DNA of 50,646 nt from Eubacteriales bacterium (GTDB lineage: Bacteria; Bacillota; Clostridia; Oscillospirales; CAG-272), in the NCBI GenBank assembly GCA_045652135.1, contig JAZRTS010000168.1:1-50646 (forward strand). Direction: 5' to 3'. Of the stretch, positions 1 through 9,187 are shown in pieces. Each line of letters starts with the position of its first letter. The stretch's first letter is position 1. The notes beneath the pieces were generated by a model. It saw only the letters and a program-made list of their open reading frames with translations, did no database searches and had not been told where the DNA came from. A program made the position numbers and the translations under genes.

Positions 1-1
1 T

Positions 2-1456
2 TCTGCGGCGCAGACAACACCGTTTGAAATAAAAGAGGGACTCAATGTACGTGATGAGCTTTTGCTCAAATACAGATACCTTGACCTTCGCCGTACTCAT
101 TTGCAGAAGAATATCCGTGTAAGACACGAAATTGCCAAGATCGCAAGAGAATACTTCTACGAAAACGGATTTCTTGAAATCGAAACACCTATGATGATAA
201 AGCCTACGCCCGAGGGCGCACGTGACTATATCGTTCCGTCACGAATCCACCACGGAAAGGTGTACGCACTTCCGCAGTCGCCTCAGATATACAAGCAGCT
301 TCTTATGCTTTCGGGCTTTGACAGATACATTCAGCTTGCACGTTGCTTCCGAGACGAAGATTTGCGCGCTGACAGACAGCCCGAATTTACACAGATAGAC
401 CTTGAAATGTCCTTTGTTGACGAAGAAGACATAATGACAATGGTTGAAGGTTTTATCGCAAGACTTTTCAGTGAGCTTCTTGATAAGAAAATAAACCTTC
501 CCATAACAAGAATGACGTATGCAGAAGCTATGTCAAGATACGGTTCCGATAAGCCCGATACACGCTTCGGTATGGAGATCGTTGATATTTCCGATATCGT
601 TAAAGACAGCGGATTTTCCGTATTCTCAGGCGCTTGCGCGCAGGGCGGTTCGGTAAGAGGTATCGTTGCGAAGGGTGCAGCAGGCAGACTTACGAGAAAA
701 GAAATAGACAAGCTTACCGAAGCGGCTAAGGGTATAGGAGCTAAGGGACTTGCATATATAAGATATAACGATGATGCTCCCAACTGCTCATTCGGTAAAT
801 TTATGGCAGAGGGCGAGCTTGACAGAATAATGGAAGCGCTCGGATGCGAAAAGGGCGACGTTGCGCTTATCGTTGCCGATAAGGACAGAGTAACGCTTCC
901 TGTTCTCGGTGCGCTTCGTCTTACCGTCGGTAAACAGCTTGATATAATTGAGGATGGATACAACTTCCTGTGGATAACGGAATTCCCGTTCTTTGAATGG
1001 GACGAGGAAAGCGGAACGTGGCAGGCAATGCACCATCCGTTCACAATGCCTAAAAACGAATGTCTTGAATTCCTTGAAAGTGATCCCGGTAAGGTAACGG
1101 CTAAGGCTTATGACCTTGTTTTGAACGGTGTTGAGCTTTTGTCCGGTTCAATCAGAATTACAGACTTTGAGCTTCAGCAGAAGATGTTTGAAGCGCTTGG
1201 ACTTACAGAGGAAGAAATTCAGAAGAAGTTCGGCTTCCTTGTTGATGCATACCGCTACGGTGCGCCCCCTCACGGCGGTGCAGGCATAGGTCTTGACAGA
1301 CTTTCAATGCTTATATGCGAAGCGGCAAGCCTCCGTGATGTAGTGGCATTCCCGAAGGTGCAGAATGCATCTGAAATTATGTCAGAGTGTCCTGCATCAC
1401 CTGAAGACAAGGCTCTTGAAGATCTTGCGATTAAATTTACAAATACCGACGAATAA
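2..1456 (+). CDS. aspS: Aspartate--tRNA ligase (5'-truncated by window edge)
   Basis: LKYRYLDLRR, motif 2 CFRDEDLRADRQPEFTQ, motif 3 PPHGGAGIGLDRL; frame is open from position 2, so the true start lies upstream of the window. Confidence 0.97.
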   Translation, partial: SAAQTTPFEIKEGLNVRDELLLKYRYLDLRRTHLQKNIRVRHEIAKIAREYFYENGFLEIETPMMIKPTPEGARDYIVPSRIHHGKVYALPQSPQIYKQLLMLSGFDRYIQLARCFRDEDLRADRQPEFTQIDLEMSFVDEEDIMTMVEGFIARLFSELLDKKINLPITRMTYAEAMSRYGSDKPDTRFGMEIVDISDIVKDSGFSVFSGACAQGGSVRGIVAKGAAGRLTRKEIDKLTEAAKGIGAKGLAYIRYNDDAPNCSFGKFMAEGELDRIMEALGCEKGDVALIVADKDRVTLPVLGALRLTVGKQLDIIEDGYNFLWITEFPFFEWDEESGTWQAMHHPFTMPKNECLEFLESDPGKVTAKAYDLVLNGVELLSGSIRITDFELQQKMFEALGLTEEEIQKKFGFLVDAYRYGAPPHGGAGIGLDRLSMLICEAASLRDVVAFPKVQNASEIMSECPASPEDKALEDLAIKFTNTDE

Positions 1457-1489
1457 TATATAAAAATAAGCACAAAGGAGATTTTTATT

Positions 1490-2782
1490 ATGCATATGGA
1501 TTATATTCATCCTGCCGACCAGCTTGTAATGTTTATGCAGCGTATATACGACAGAGGACTTACGACGACATCGGGTGGTAACCTTTCTATTATGGATAAG
1601 GACGGAAATATCTGGATCACTCCCGCAGGTATCGACAAAGGTACTCTTACAAGACGTGATATTATTTGCGTAAAGCCCGACGGAACGTGTATCGGTCCGC
1701 ACAAGCCGTCAAGTGAATTTCCTTTCCACCAGTCGGTTTATAAAATGCGTCCCGACATTCACGCGGTGCTTCACGCGCATCCTCCGGCGCTTGTTGCGTT
1801 TTCCATTGCACGTAAGATTCCCGACCTCGATCTTATCCCCACGGTGAGAAAGACGTGCGACCGTATTTCAATTGCAACATACGCTGTACCCGGAAGTAAA
1901 GAACTCGGCGAAAACATTGCTCGTGAATTTGAAAAGGACGTAGACATTGTTCTGCTTGAAAATCACGGTGTATGTATCGGTGCTAAAGATATGTTCACGG
2001 CATTTATGATGTTTGAAACTATCGACTATTCGGCTAACCTCGAAATACTTGCCGCAAAGCTTGGAAATATCAACAGACTTTCACCCGAGGCTATAAAGAT
2101 AACAGAAACACGCAACCACCTTTTGATGGATGATTTTATACCCAACACACGTTCATCCGAGGAGCTTGAAGCAAGACGTGAAATGATAACGCTTATCAGA
2201 CGTTCTTATAAGCAGGGACTTTTTACTGCAACTCACGGAACGTATTCGGTAAGACTTTCCGACGGAAGCTTCATCATTACTCCGTTCGGACGTGACAGAG
2301 CGTATCTTTGCGAGGAAGACCTCGTAAGAATAAAAGCAGATATGAAGGAGCTTGGAAAAACTCCTTCCCGTGCGGTTAAATCCCATGCGGCTATATATGA
2401 GAAGAATCCCGATATAAACGCTATCCTCTTGGCTCATCCGCCGCACGCAATGGCGTTTGCCGTAACAGATGCGGAGTTTGACCCCAGAACTATTCCCGAA
2501 AGCTATATTTTGCTTCGTGATATTGAAAAACAGCCGTACGAAGGACTTTATGCCTCGCCCGAGGAAGTCGCTGAACGCTTTGCTCCCAATCGTCCGGCGC
2601 TTATTTTCAAGAATGACTGCGTAATCGTAACTGGTTCAACGCTTCTTCAGGCATTTGACCGTATGGAGGTGCTTGAGTCTACTGCTCACTCCATCATCAA
2701 TTCAAAGAGCATTGGCGATATCGTTCATATTTCTTCCAATGAAGTTGACGATCTTAAAGAAGCCTTCAATCTCAAAGACTAA
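1490..2782 (+). CDS. Class II aldolase/adducin family protein with two tandem domains
   Basis: Domain 1 has GGNLS, TPAG, PSSE, HAH, LENHG; domain 2 is a repeat (HGTYS, ITPFG, AHPPH); RBS AAAGGAG. Confidence 0.88.
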   Translation: MHMDYIHPADQLVMFMQRIYDRGLTTTSGGNLSIMDKDGNIWITPAGIDKGTLTRRDIICVKPDGTCIGPHKPSSEFPFHQSVYKMRPDIHAVLHAHPPALVAFSIARKIPDLDLIPTVRKTCDRISIATYAVPGSKELGENIAREFEKDVDIVLLENHGVCIGAKDMFTAFMMFETIDYSANLEILAAKLGNINRLSPEAIKITETRNHLLMDDFIPNTRSSEELEARREMITLIRRSYKQGLFTATHGTYSVRLSDGSFIITPFGRDRAYLCEEDLVRIKADMKELGKTPSRAVKSHAAIYEKNPDINAILLAHPPHAMAFAVTDAEFDPRTIPESYILLRDIEKQPYEGLYASPEEVAERFAPNRPALIFKNDCVIVTGSTLLQAFDRMEVLESTAHSIINSKSIGDIVHISSNEVDDLKEAFNLKD

Positions 2783-3435
2783 TGACAGAGCTTGTAATTT
2801 TTGACCTTGACGGCACGCTTCTTTATACGATAGAGGATTTAAAAGACAGCGTGAACTATGCCCTGAAGCAGTTTGGTATGCCGGAGGTTTCCCTTGACGA
2901 TGCAACGGCAAACGTCGGAAACGGTGTAAAAAATCTGATATTTCTTTGTGCTCCGCAGGGAACCGACGAAGAAACGCTTGACAAGATACTTTCAGCATTT
3001 AAAGAGCATTATAAGGGTAATATGGAAAACAAAACAAGACCGTATGACGGTATTGTTAAAATGCTCGGTAAATTAAAAGAAAAGGGAATAAAGACTGCCG
3101 TTCTTTCAAATAAATTTGATGCGGCAACGGTAAGACTTTGTAATAATCTTATGCCCGAGCTTATCGATCTTCCCGTCGGAGAACGTGCGGATTTTCCGAG
3201 AAAACCGTCACCTGAGGCGGTCTATGATATAATCGAAAAGCTCGGAGTCAAACGTGAAAATACCGTATTTGCAGGTGATTCCGACACTGATATAAAAACG
3301 GGCAAAAACGCAGGCATCAAAACCGTTGCGGTAACGTGGGGATACAGAAGCCGTGAGCTTCTTGAATCCTCTCAGGCTGATTACATGGCAGATACGGTTG
3401 ATGAGCTTTGTGAAATACTCATTAATAAGATCTAA
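2782..3435 (+). CDS. HAD-superfamily hydrolase (phosphoglycolate phosphatase-like)
   Basis: FDLDGTL motif I, SNK motif II, KPSP, GDSDTD motif IV; start overlaps upstream stop. Confidence 0.9.
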   Translation: MTELVIFDLDGTLLYTIEDLKDSVNYALKQFGMPEVSLDDATANVGNGVKNLIFLCAPQGTDEETLDKILSAFKEHYKGNMENKTRPYDGIVKMLGKLKEKGIKTAVLSNKFDAATVRLCNNLMPELIDLPVGERADFPRKPSPEAVYDIIEKLGVKRENTVFAGDSDTDIKTGKNAGIKTVAVTWGYRSRELLESSQADYMADTVDELCEILINKI

Positions 3436-3437
3436 TA

Positions 3438-3471
3438 TAAAAACGCTCACTTTTCGAAGTGAGCGTTTTTA
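3438..3471 (+). terminator. Rho-independent terminator
   Basis: TAAAAACGCTCACTT-TTCG-AAGTGAGCGTTTTTA hairpin directly after the HAD gene. Confidence 0.9.
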
Positions 3472-3566
3472 CGTTAAAATACGGAAATTTTTTACCTTTT
3501 TCTGTGTCAGATGCGTTTTTTCGGCAAATAATACATATATAATTTGTTGAAAAAGGGAGACAAAAT

Positions 3567-3872
3567 ATGTATGTAAATAAGGTTGAAATTTGCGGGGTTA
3601 ACACCTCAAAACTCAAGACACTTTCAGAAAAAGAAAAGGAATTGTTTTTAAAGCTTGCCAAAGCAGGAGATAAAGACGCAAGACAGAATCTTGTAAACGG
3701 TAATCTTAAGCTTGTGCTAAGTGTTGTTCAGCGCTTTACGGGCAGACGAGAAAATCTTGATGATATATTTCAAGTTGGATGTGTAGGACTTATCAAGGCA
3801 ATTGACAATTTTAACACCGAGGTTGGAGTTAAATTTTCCACGTACGCCGTGCCGATGAATATAACAAGGTGA
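3567..3872 (+). CDS. sigG: N-terminal half (regions 1.2-2.3) of sporulation sigma factor SigG; truncated or split gene
   Basis: SigG-diagnostic N-terminus NKVEICGVNTSKL, NLKLVLSVVQRF, DDIFQVGCVGLIKAIDNF, KFSTYAVPM, then NITR-stop instead of IIGEIRRYLRD; 101 aa versus about 255 aa for full SigG. Confidence 0.9.
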   Translation: MYVNKVEICGVNTSKLKTLSEKEKELFLKLAKAGDKDARQNLVNGNLKLVLSVVQRFTGRRENLDDIFQVGCVGLIKAIDNFNTEVGVKFSTYAVPMNITR

Positions 3873-3874
3873 AA

Positions 3875-4396
3875 TTACCGTTCTGAAGCATCCTCATATA
3901 ATGAATACAGCAGTCCCAGATGATGTTCTTCATCTTTAATAATACGCTTGATAAGCGCATTTATCTTATGGTCGTCACATCTCTCTGTAAAGTTGTTATA
4001 CGAAGCTATTGCTTTTTTTTCACTTCGTATGTCGCCACGCAGCATTTTTACGAAATTCTGCGAATAATCAACGCACACACCATTCCAGTAAACGTAACGG
4101 CTTCTGTCACATACAGCGGCCCTGCAGTCACCGCCGAGGATATTTATCAGCTTGCAAAGCATTTCAAAGTGCTTCATTTCCGTAACCGATATACATTCCA
4201 AAACGTCGGCGGCGTAGGCAAATTTCGGCGGAAGTGATATGTGTTGATACGTGTATTGAAGTACGGCTGTAAGTTCTCCGTCTTTTCCGGAAGCAAGAAC
4301 CGACAGTCTGTCTGAAAGTTCTTTGCTGTGCCTTGTTACCTCGATTTTTGGATACGGTTCATTAAGAATACAGTTAAAGCTTTTCAATATATACAC
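3875..4396 (-). CDS. Ferritin-like / Mn-catalase (CotJC-like) domain protein, probably spore-associated
   Basis: GELTAVLQYTYQ, EMKH, DIRSE, DEEHH four-helix di-metal motifs; RBS AAAGGTG suggests the real start is TTG at 4387. Confidence 0.75.
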   Translation of the reverse strand: MYILKSFNCILNEPYPKIEVTRHSKELSDRLSVLASGKDGELTAVLQYTYQHISLPPKFAYAADVLECISVTEMKHFEMLCKLINILGGDCRAAVCDRSRYVYWNGVCVDYSQNFVKMLRGDIRSEKKAIASYNNFTERCDDHKINALIKRIIKDEEHHLGLLYSLYEDASER

Positions 4397-4424
4397 CTTT
4401 CTGATATTTTTTCTCTTTCCTTTA

Positions 4425-4452
4425 ATTATATGCCCTGCGCTTTTTTCTGTGA
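4425..4452 (-). promoter_or_regulatory. Putative mother-cell sporulation (sigma-K/E type) promoter of the ferritin-like gene
   Basis: Minus strand TCACA-N15-CATATAAT fits the AC...CATAnnnT consensus. Confidence 0.5.
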
Positions 4453-4469
4453 AAATTTTGTTTTAACAC

Positions 4470-4498
4470 TTGAAAATGCCGTAAAAATGTAGTATGAT
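4470..4498 (+). promoter_or_regulatory. Sigma-A promoter of ACP-flippase operon
   Basis: TTGAAA-N17-TATGAT. Confidence 0.7.
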
Positions 4499-4524
4499 TA
4501 ATGAAAAGTATGGAGGAATAAATA

Positions 4525-4773
4525 ATGCTTGATAAAATTATAGAAGTAGTTGCAAGGGAAATAGGACTCGATGATGAGGTTGTTAACGCTGACAGTGACA
4601 TCATCGAAGATCTTTGTGCGAACTCCCTTGATATAGTAGGAATAATAACAGCGCTTGAAGACACGTACGGAATTGAGGTGCCTGACGAAGCAATAATAGA
4701 TCTTCGTACGCCTGCGCTTATCGCAAATTATATCGAAGGTACAACTTCGGACGGTTCGGCTGAAAATGAATAA
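4525..4773 (+). CDS. Acyl carrier protein
   Basis: 82 aa, acidic, DLCANSLD phosphopantetheine-serine motif, ALEDTYGIEVPDE; RBS GGAGGA. Confidence 0.85.
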   Translation: MLDKIIEVVAREIGLDDEVVNADSDIIEDLCANSLDIVGIITALEDTYGIEVPDEAIIDLRTPALIANYIEGTTSDGSAENE

Positions 4774-6160
4774 ATACACGAAGTTACTTAAAAATACGTC
4801 AATAATGGGTGTAGGCGCCTTTCTTTCAAAGGTGCTTGTCTTTTTGCTCCTTCCGCTTTATTCATCGGTTATGTCAACTGCGGATTACGGTGTTGCGGAT
4901 ATTGTTGCGCAATCATCAAATCTGCTTATGCCGATAATAACTCTCGGTATCTGCGCGGCTGTTTTTAGATTTGCGTGTGATAAAAAAGCGGATCATGAAG
5001 CTGTTTTTACGGTAGGTTTTATACTGCTTTTGTTCAGTATGGTGTTTTTTGCGGCACTTATACCGCTTTTCAAAAAGGTATACGTTCTTGATGAATACCT
5101 GCTTTTATTCGCACTTTACGTATTCATGTTCGGACTTCATACACTTTGCGGTCAGTATCTCAGAGGTGTTGATAAGGTAAAAGAATTTGCCGTAAAAGGT
5201 GTGCTTTGTACTGTTTTTACACTTTTTTTCAATGTTCTGTTGCTTCTTGTTTTCCCACTTGGTGTAACGGGATACCTCGTTGCAAATATACTTGCTGACT
5301 TTTTCACGGTAATTTATATGTTCCGCGTCGGTAATCTTATAGACGCGTTCAAACCGAAAAAATTCTCCTTCGGTCTTCTTTTAGATATGCTGAAGTATTC
5401 GCTTCCGCTTGTTCCGACAACTATATGTTGGTGGATAACGAATATGTCTGACAGGTATATAGTGCTTTATATGATAGATGAATCTGCAAGCGGTATTTAC
5501 GCGATGAGTTACAAAATACCTAATATTGTTACGATGATAACGGGTATCTTTGCAGATGCCTGGCAGATGTCTTTGATAGATGAAAGCAATCAAGGCTCAG
5601 TAAGTAAGTTCCTTACGAAGATATTCGAAAGCTATAAAGCTGTACTTTTTATGGTAGGTTCGGGAATTATACTTTTTGTCAAGGTCATTACGGGAATTCT
5701 TATAAGAAATGACTTCTACGTTGCTTGGAAATATACGACGCTTCTCGTCGTAGCAACAGTATGTATGAGCATGGTAAATTTCATCACTGTCATTTTTCAC
5801 GTTAAAAAGAAAAGCGTTAATTCGCTCATATGCGCTACCTGTGGTGCATGTGTAAATATAGTGGGTAACATTGTTCTTATCAAAGCATACGGTGCTATCG
5901 GTGCAGCCGTTGCAACTGTTATAAGTTATGTCGTTGTTTACGTGATAGCCACCAATCTCTCTCTGAATTATGTAAAATATAAGGTATTCTTTACCAAAAC
6001 CGTGGTCAATATAGCTTTATTAACGGTACAGAGTATCGTTATGATATTTGTTCCCGGAGTTGCATCGTATATTATTTCGGCTGTAATTTTTATTGCTGTA
6101 GTAGTCCTGAATATTCCCGTGTTTCTTTATTCTGCAAAGTCTATACTGAAAAGTAAATAA
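4766..6160 (+). CDS. Wzx/MOP-family polysaccharide flippase
   Basis: About 12-14 hydrophobic segments; typical N-terminus KLLKNTSIMGVG..SK..FLLLPLY; SDRY motif. Confidence 0.85.
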   Translation: MNKYTKLLKNTSIMGVGAFLSKVLVFLLLPLYSSVMSTADYGVADIVAQSSNLLMPIITLGICAAVFRFACDKKADHEAVFTVGFILLLFSMVFFAALIPLFKKVYVLDEYLLLFALYVFMFGLHTLCGQYLRGVDKVKEFAVKGVLCTVFTLFFNVLLLLVFPLGVTGYLVANILADFFTVIYMFRVGNLIDAFKPKKFSFGLLLDMLKYSLPLVPTTICWWITNMSDRYIVLYMIDESASGIYAMSYKIPNIVTMITGIFADAWQMSLIDESNQGSVSKFLTKIFESYKAVLFMVGSGIILFVKVITGILIRNDFYVAWKYTTLLVVATVCMSMVNFITVIFHVKKKSVNSLICATCGACVNIVGNIVLIKAYGAIGAAVATVISYVVVYVIATNLSLNYVKYKVFFTKTVVNIALLTVQSIVMIFVPGVASYIISAVIFIAVVVLNIPVFLYSAKSILKSK

Positions 6161-6163
6161 CTT

Positions 6164-6206
6164 AAAAAACAGAGAAGTACCGTGTTAACGGTCTTCTCTG
6201 TTTTTT
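6164..6206. terminator. Bidirectional Rho-independent terminator
   Basis: AAAAAACAGAGAAG(T)ACCGT-GTTA-ACGGTCTTCTCTGTTTTTT between convergent genes. Confidence 0.88.
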
Positions 6207-6212
6207 GTTTTT

Positions 6213-8033
6213 TTACCATTTTGATGGAGATTCATTAAAAGATTCGAGTATTGGAATCCGTGTTCCTTCTCTGAAATGCGTAATATTGTATTTCTTCAGA
6301 GTGATGTACATATTTTCAAGTATTTCGGGATGTTTTTCGGCATCCCATGCTATATACATCATATAATAATCTATTTGTGTTTTTGATTTTTCAACGTGGC
6401 GGCGGCATACGGTTTCTGTCGCACTGTTGTATGCTTTTTTCCACAGATTTGATAATTCTATTGCAAAGGCGGCAAGCTCACTGTCGCTTTTTTTGTTTCC
6501 CATAATTGTTTTCACACCGGTGTAAACAAGCATATGAGAGTTTGAGGCTTCCGCGGAAGTTTTGTCTATATATTCCAGAATATATTTCCACCCATCGCCG
6601 TAGTATCCTTCAAGAAAATCACACATATATGCACGGTATTCTTCCTCCGTCATTTCAGGATCCCACATAAGCTTTGAGAGAAGATATGTGCGCAACTCAC
6701 CGAATTCGCCGCTGGCACAGTTGTAATTGCCTTGCTCAAAAAGCCCCTTGACATTGTTTTCTGCATAGAACCTTATGTTGTCATATATGGTATAAAGATT
6801 AGGGAACGGACACAAATAGAACATAAAATTCGTTGTGTAATCCCATACGTAAAGGTTTTTGCATATCTTTCCCCATGCGGTGATATATTCATCAATAGTG
6901 TTTGCTGCACATTCATTTACAGCGTGTGAAAAACACGCCTCAGCACTTGATAGCCGTATTATGACGTTGTCAGCAGGGACTGACAATTTAGGCGCTTTGG
7001 GATCATCAGCCGAGATAAGTGTATCAACATACACATTGGGATGTTCTTCTTTAATACCGTTTGCAATTTTATTTATAAATACTATGTAAGAGCCGAGTGA
7101 CGTACTCTCTTTTTTATTTGTATCAACACATTTTTGGCAGTCGCACGACTTGTAGTTTTCTTCTCCCAATGAAATGGATATAACTGTTTCTTTCGGGTTA
7201 TCTGCAAGCCATTTTTTCACACTTTCAAGCACAGTGTTATAAACGTTGTCGTCAGACAGGCAGGGAACGGTGCCGCTTGTTTTTGAGAGTGAAGAAATCG
7301 TGTGAACCGTATTTACGTCATACAAAGCTCCTCCGCCGAAGTTTTTAAGATCACGTGAAATACAGCTGTTTATTTTTTGTTTTGCGGAAAATTCAGCGTC
7401 AAGTGCTTCATACCAGAAGCAATCGCGAAAATCAAATGTTGGAACGAAGTGTGTGTCAAGGTCGCCGGGTATATCAATTTTATCGGCTTTGAGTATACGT
7501 TCACAATCGGGTGTGTAATATCTTACCCCTACGTATTCTTCGAGAAAACTGTATACTCCGTAAAGGGTTCCGCGTTCACCGTTTCCCGTTATGTAAAGGT
7601 TACCGTCAAGACAGAGAATGTAATACCCCTCCTCGCCCATACGGGTGAGCTTTTGAACTATTTTTTTCGGTAATGACGATGTTTTTCCGATGTGTATTTT
7701 GTATTTGGCTTCTGAATCATTGTCGGTTGCACATTTAAGATGTATTCCCGTAGATGCATGTATGTAGGAAACAAATTCATCGGCGGCATACTTTCCGGCA
7801 TCAGTGGCATTTTCGGGATATACAACTGTGTAAAGCCCGATGTTGTTACCTGCAATGTTCAACGATTTGATGGGAAAAGTATCACTTACGGGTGAATTTT
7901 CAACTGCATTATCAGTATCAGCATATGTGCTGTATGCATCTGATTCAAATCCTGTTTCGTGTGTTATTGTTTGAGAAACACACGATGTAAGGGTAATAAA
8001 TGTTAAAAGAATTAAAGAAAGTAATTTCTTCAC
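6213..8033 (-). CDS. DUF4838-family lipoprotein (glycoside-hydrolase-like)
   Basis: Lipobox LTSC; GH67/GH20-like N-domain GTLYGVYSFLEEYVGVRYY; CDCQKC, VWDY, GLFEQG motifs. Confidence 0.75.
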   Translation of the reverse strand: MKKLLSLILLTFITLTSCVSQTITHETGFESDAYSTYADTDNAVENSPVSDTFPIKSLNIAGNNIGLYTVVYPENATDAGKYAADEFVSYIHASTGIHLKCATDNDSEAKYKIHIGKTSSLPKKIVQKLTRMGEEGYYILCLDGNLYITGNGERGTLYGVYSFLEEYVGVRYYTPDCERILKADKIDIPGDLDTHFVPTFDFRDCFWYEALDAEFSAKQKINSCISRDLKNFGGGALYDVNTVHTISSLSKTSGTVPCLSDDNVYNTVLESVKKWLADNPKETVISISLGEENYKSCDCQKCVDTNKKESTSLGSYIVFINKIANGIKEEHPNVYVDTLISADDPKAPKLSVPADNVIIRLSSAEACFSHAVNECAANTIDEYITAWGKICKNLYVWDYTTNFMFYLCPFPNLYTIYDNIRFYAENNVKGLFEQGNYNCASGEFGELRTYLLSKLMWDPEMTEEEYRAYMCDFLEGYYGDGWKYILEYIDKTSAEASNSHMLVYTGVKTIMGNKKSDSELAAFAIELSNLWKKAYNSATETVCRRHVEKSKTQIDYYMMYIAWDAEKHPEILENMYITLKKYNITHFREGTRIPILESFNESPSKW

Positions 8034-8034
8034 T

Positions 8035-8706
8035 TTAAACTTCTTCTCCTATCATTTTTTGGAAATTTTCAATGAGATTTGATTCGTAATCACATTCCTT
8101 TCCGGAAAGTCGTTTTCCTTTTAAAATATGCTCAAATTTTCCTATTTTTTTTGAAACGAATTCGCGAAATAATGGATCGCGGTGCGTTTTTAAACCTACG
8201 TGCAAAAATTCTTCCTTTGTCCGGCTCACGTTTCCGTTGTATGAACAGAGAATTATTTCATATATCTTACCGCTGTCACGGCAAAGCAATTCATTTTTGA
8301 TCTCAAATCCGTTTTGTAAAAGATATACTCTTAATTCGTACGTGCATGTCATAGGCTGCAGAATGAGGTTAACATTGCCGTTTTTTACATACTCGCTTTT
8401 GTCAATTATATTCGAGATAAGCTCACCGCCCATACCGGCAATAATAATATCATCGGGGGCAAAATTTTCTATACCGTCAAGACCGTCGGCAAGATGCGTG
8501 GTTATGTACCTTGAAAAACCGTACTTTTCAATATTTGCTTTTGCCGCCTGTAAAGGTCCTTCGCGAACGTCAGAGGCATATATGCGTTTTGAAATTCCAA
8601 GCTGAACAAGCTTGCAGGAAACATATGCATGGTCACAGCCTATATCAGCCACCGACAAGTCTTTTCTGACTTGTGAAATTATAGCATCAAATCTTTCGTT
8701 TGCCAA
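8035..8706 (-). CDS. trmK: tRNA (adenine22-N1)-methyltransferase
   Basis: VADIGCDHAY, GPLQAA, IIIAGMGGELI, LILQPM. Confidence 0.93.
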   Translation of the reverse strand: MANERFDAIISQVRKDLSVADIGCDHAYVSCKLVQLGISKRIYASDVREGPLQAAKANIEKYGFSRYITTHLADGLDGIENFAPDDIIIAGMGGELISNIIDKSEYVKNGNVNLILQPMTCTYELRVYLLQNGFEIKNELLCRDSGKIYEIILCSYNGNVSRTKEEFLHVGLKTHRDPLFREFVSKKIGKFEHILKGKRLSGKECDYESNLIENFQKMIGEEV

Positions 8707-8746
8707 TTTTATCTCCGTTTTGTGTATTTTTCTATTCTATATCGGG

Positions 8747-8775
8747 ATTGTATATCATAATGGCAAAAAATGCAA
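8747..8775 (-). promoter_or_regulatory. Sigma-A promoter of trmK
   Basis: Minus strand TTGCAT-N17-TACAAT. Confidence 0.6.
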
Positions 8776-8872
8776 GTGTATTCATAATAATTTTAATATT
8801 TGACCTTTAAAAAAAAACAAATTAAGTATAACATTTACTGTGTATGCTATTTAAAGGGAGGAAAAACGTACT

Positions 8873-9187
8873 GTGAATGAACTTATAGAAAAAATTCTTA
8901 AAGCAGACGAAGAAGCACGTAAAAAATCACAGGCAGTCGAGGAGAGACGTGCCCACCTTGAAGCTGATATAACAGAAGCAAAAAACAAGATGAAAGCGGA
9001 ATATGACGCGGCGGCTGACGAGGAAATAAAAAGACAGCTCGAAGAAAAGAAGAAAAACGCGCAAGCCTCGTGGGATGAAGCCGGCAAGAAATATAAAAAA
9101 CTCGGTGACGATCTTAAGTTTTCATATAATTCAAATTATGAAAAATGGGCAAGTGAAATTGCCGAAAAAGTTATAGAAGGTATATGA
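8873..9187 (+). CDS. V/A-type ATP synthase subunit G/H (peripheral stalk)
   Basis: 104-aa charged coiled coil, first gene of the operon; RBS AGGGAGG. Confidence 0.65.
   Translation: MNELIEKILKADEEARKKSQAVEERRAHLEADITEAKNKMKAEYDAAADEEIKRQLEEKKKNAQASWDEAGKKYKKLGDDLKFSYNSNYEKWASEIAEKVIEGI

Noticed and set aside
331-1044. 237-aa antisense ORF and the many other short overlapping ORFs in the track
   Set aside because: Shadows of well-supported genes on the opposite strand or frame; no RBS or recognisable motifs.
3859-3950. Programmed frameshift rescuing full-length SigG
   Set aside because: The shifted frame gives GEI and then unrelated sequence (antisense of the ferritin-like gene) and a stop; no region 3-4 sequence follows.
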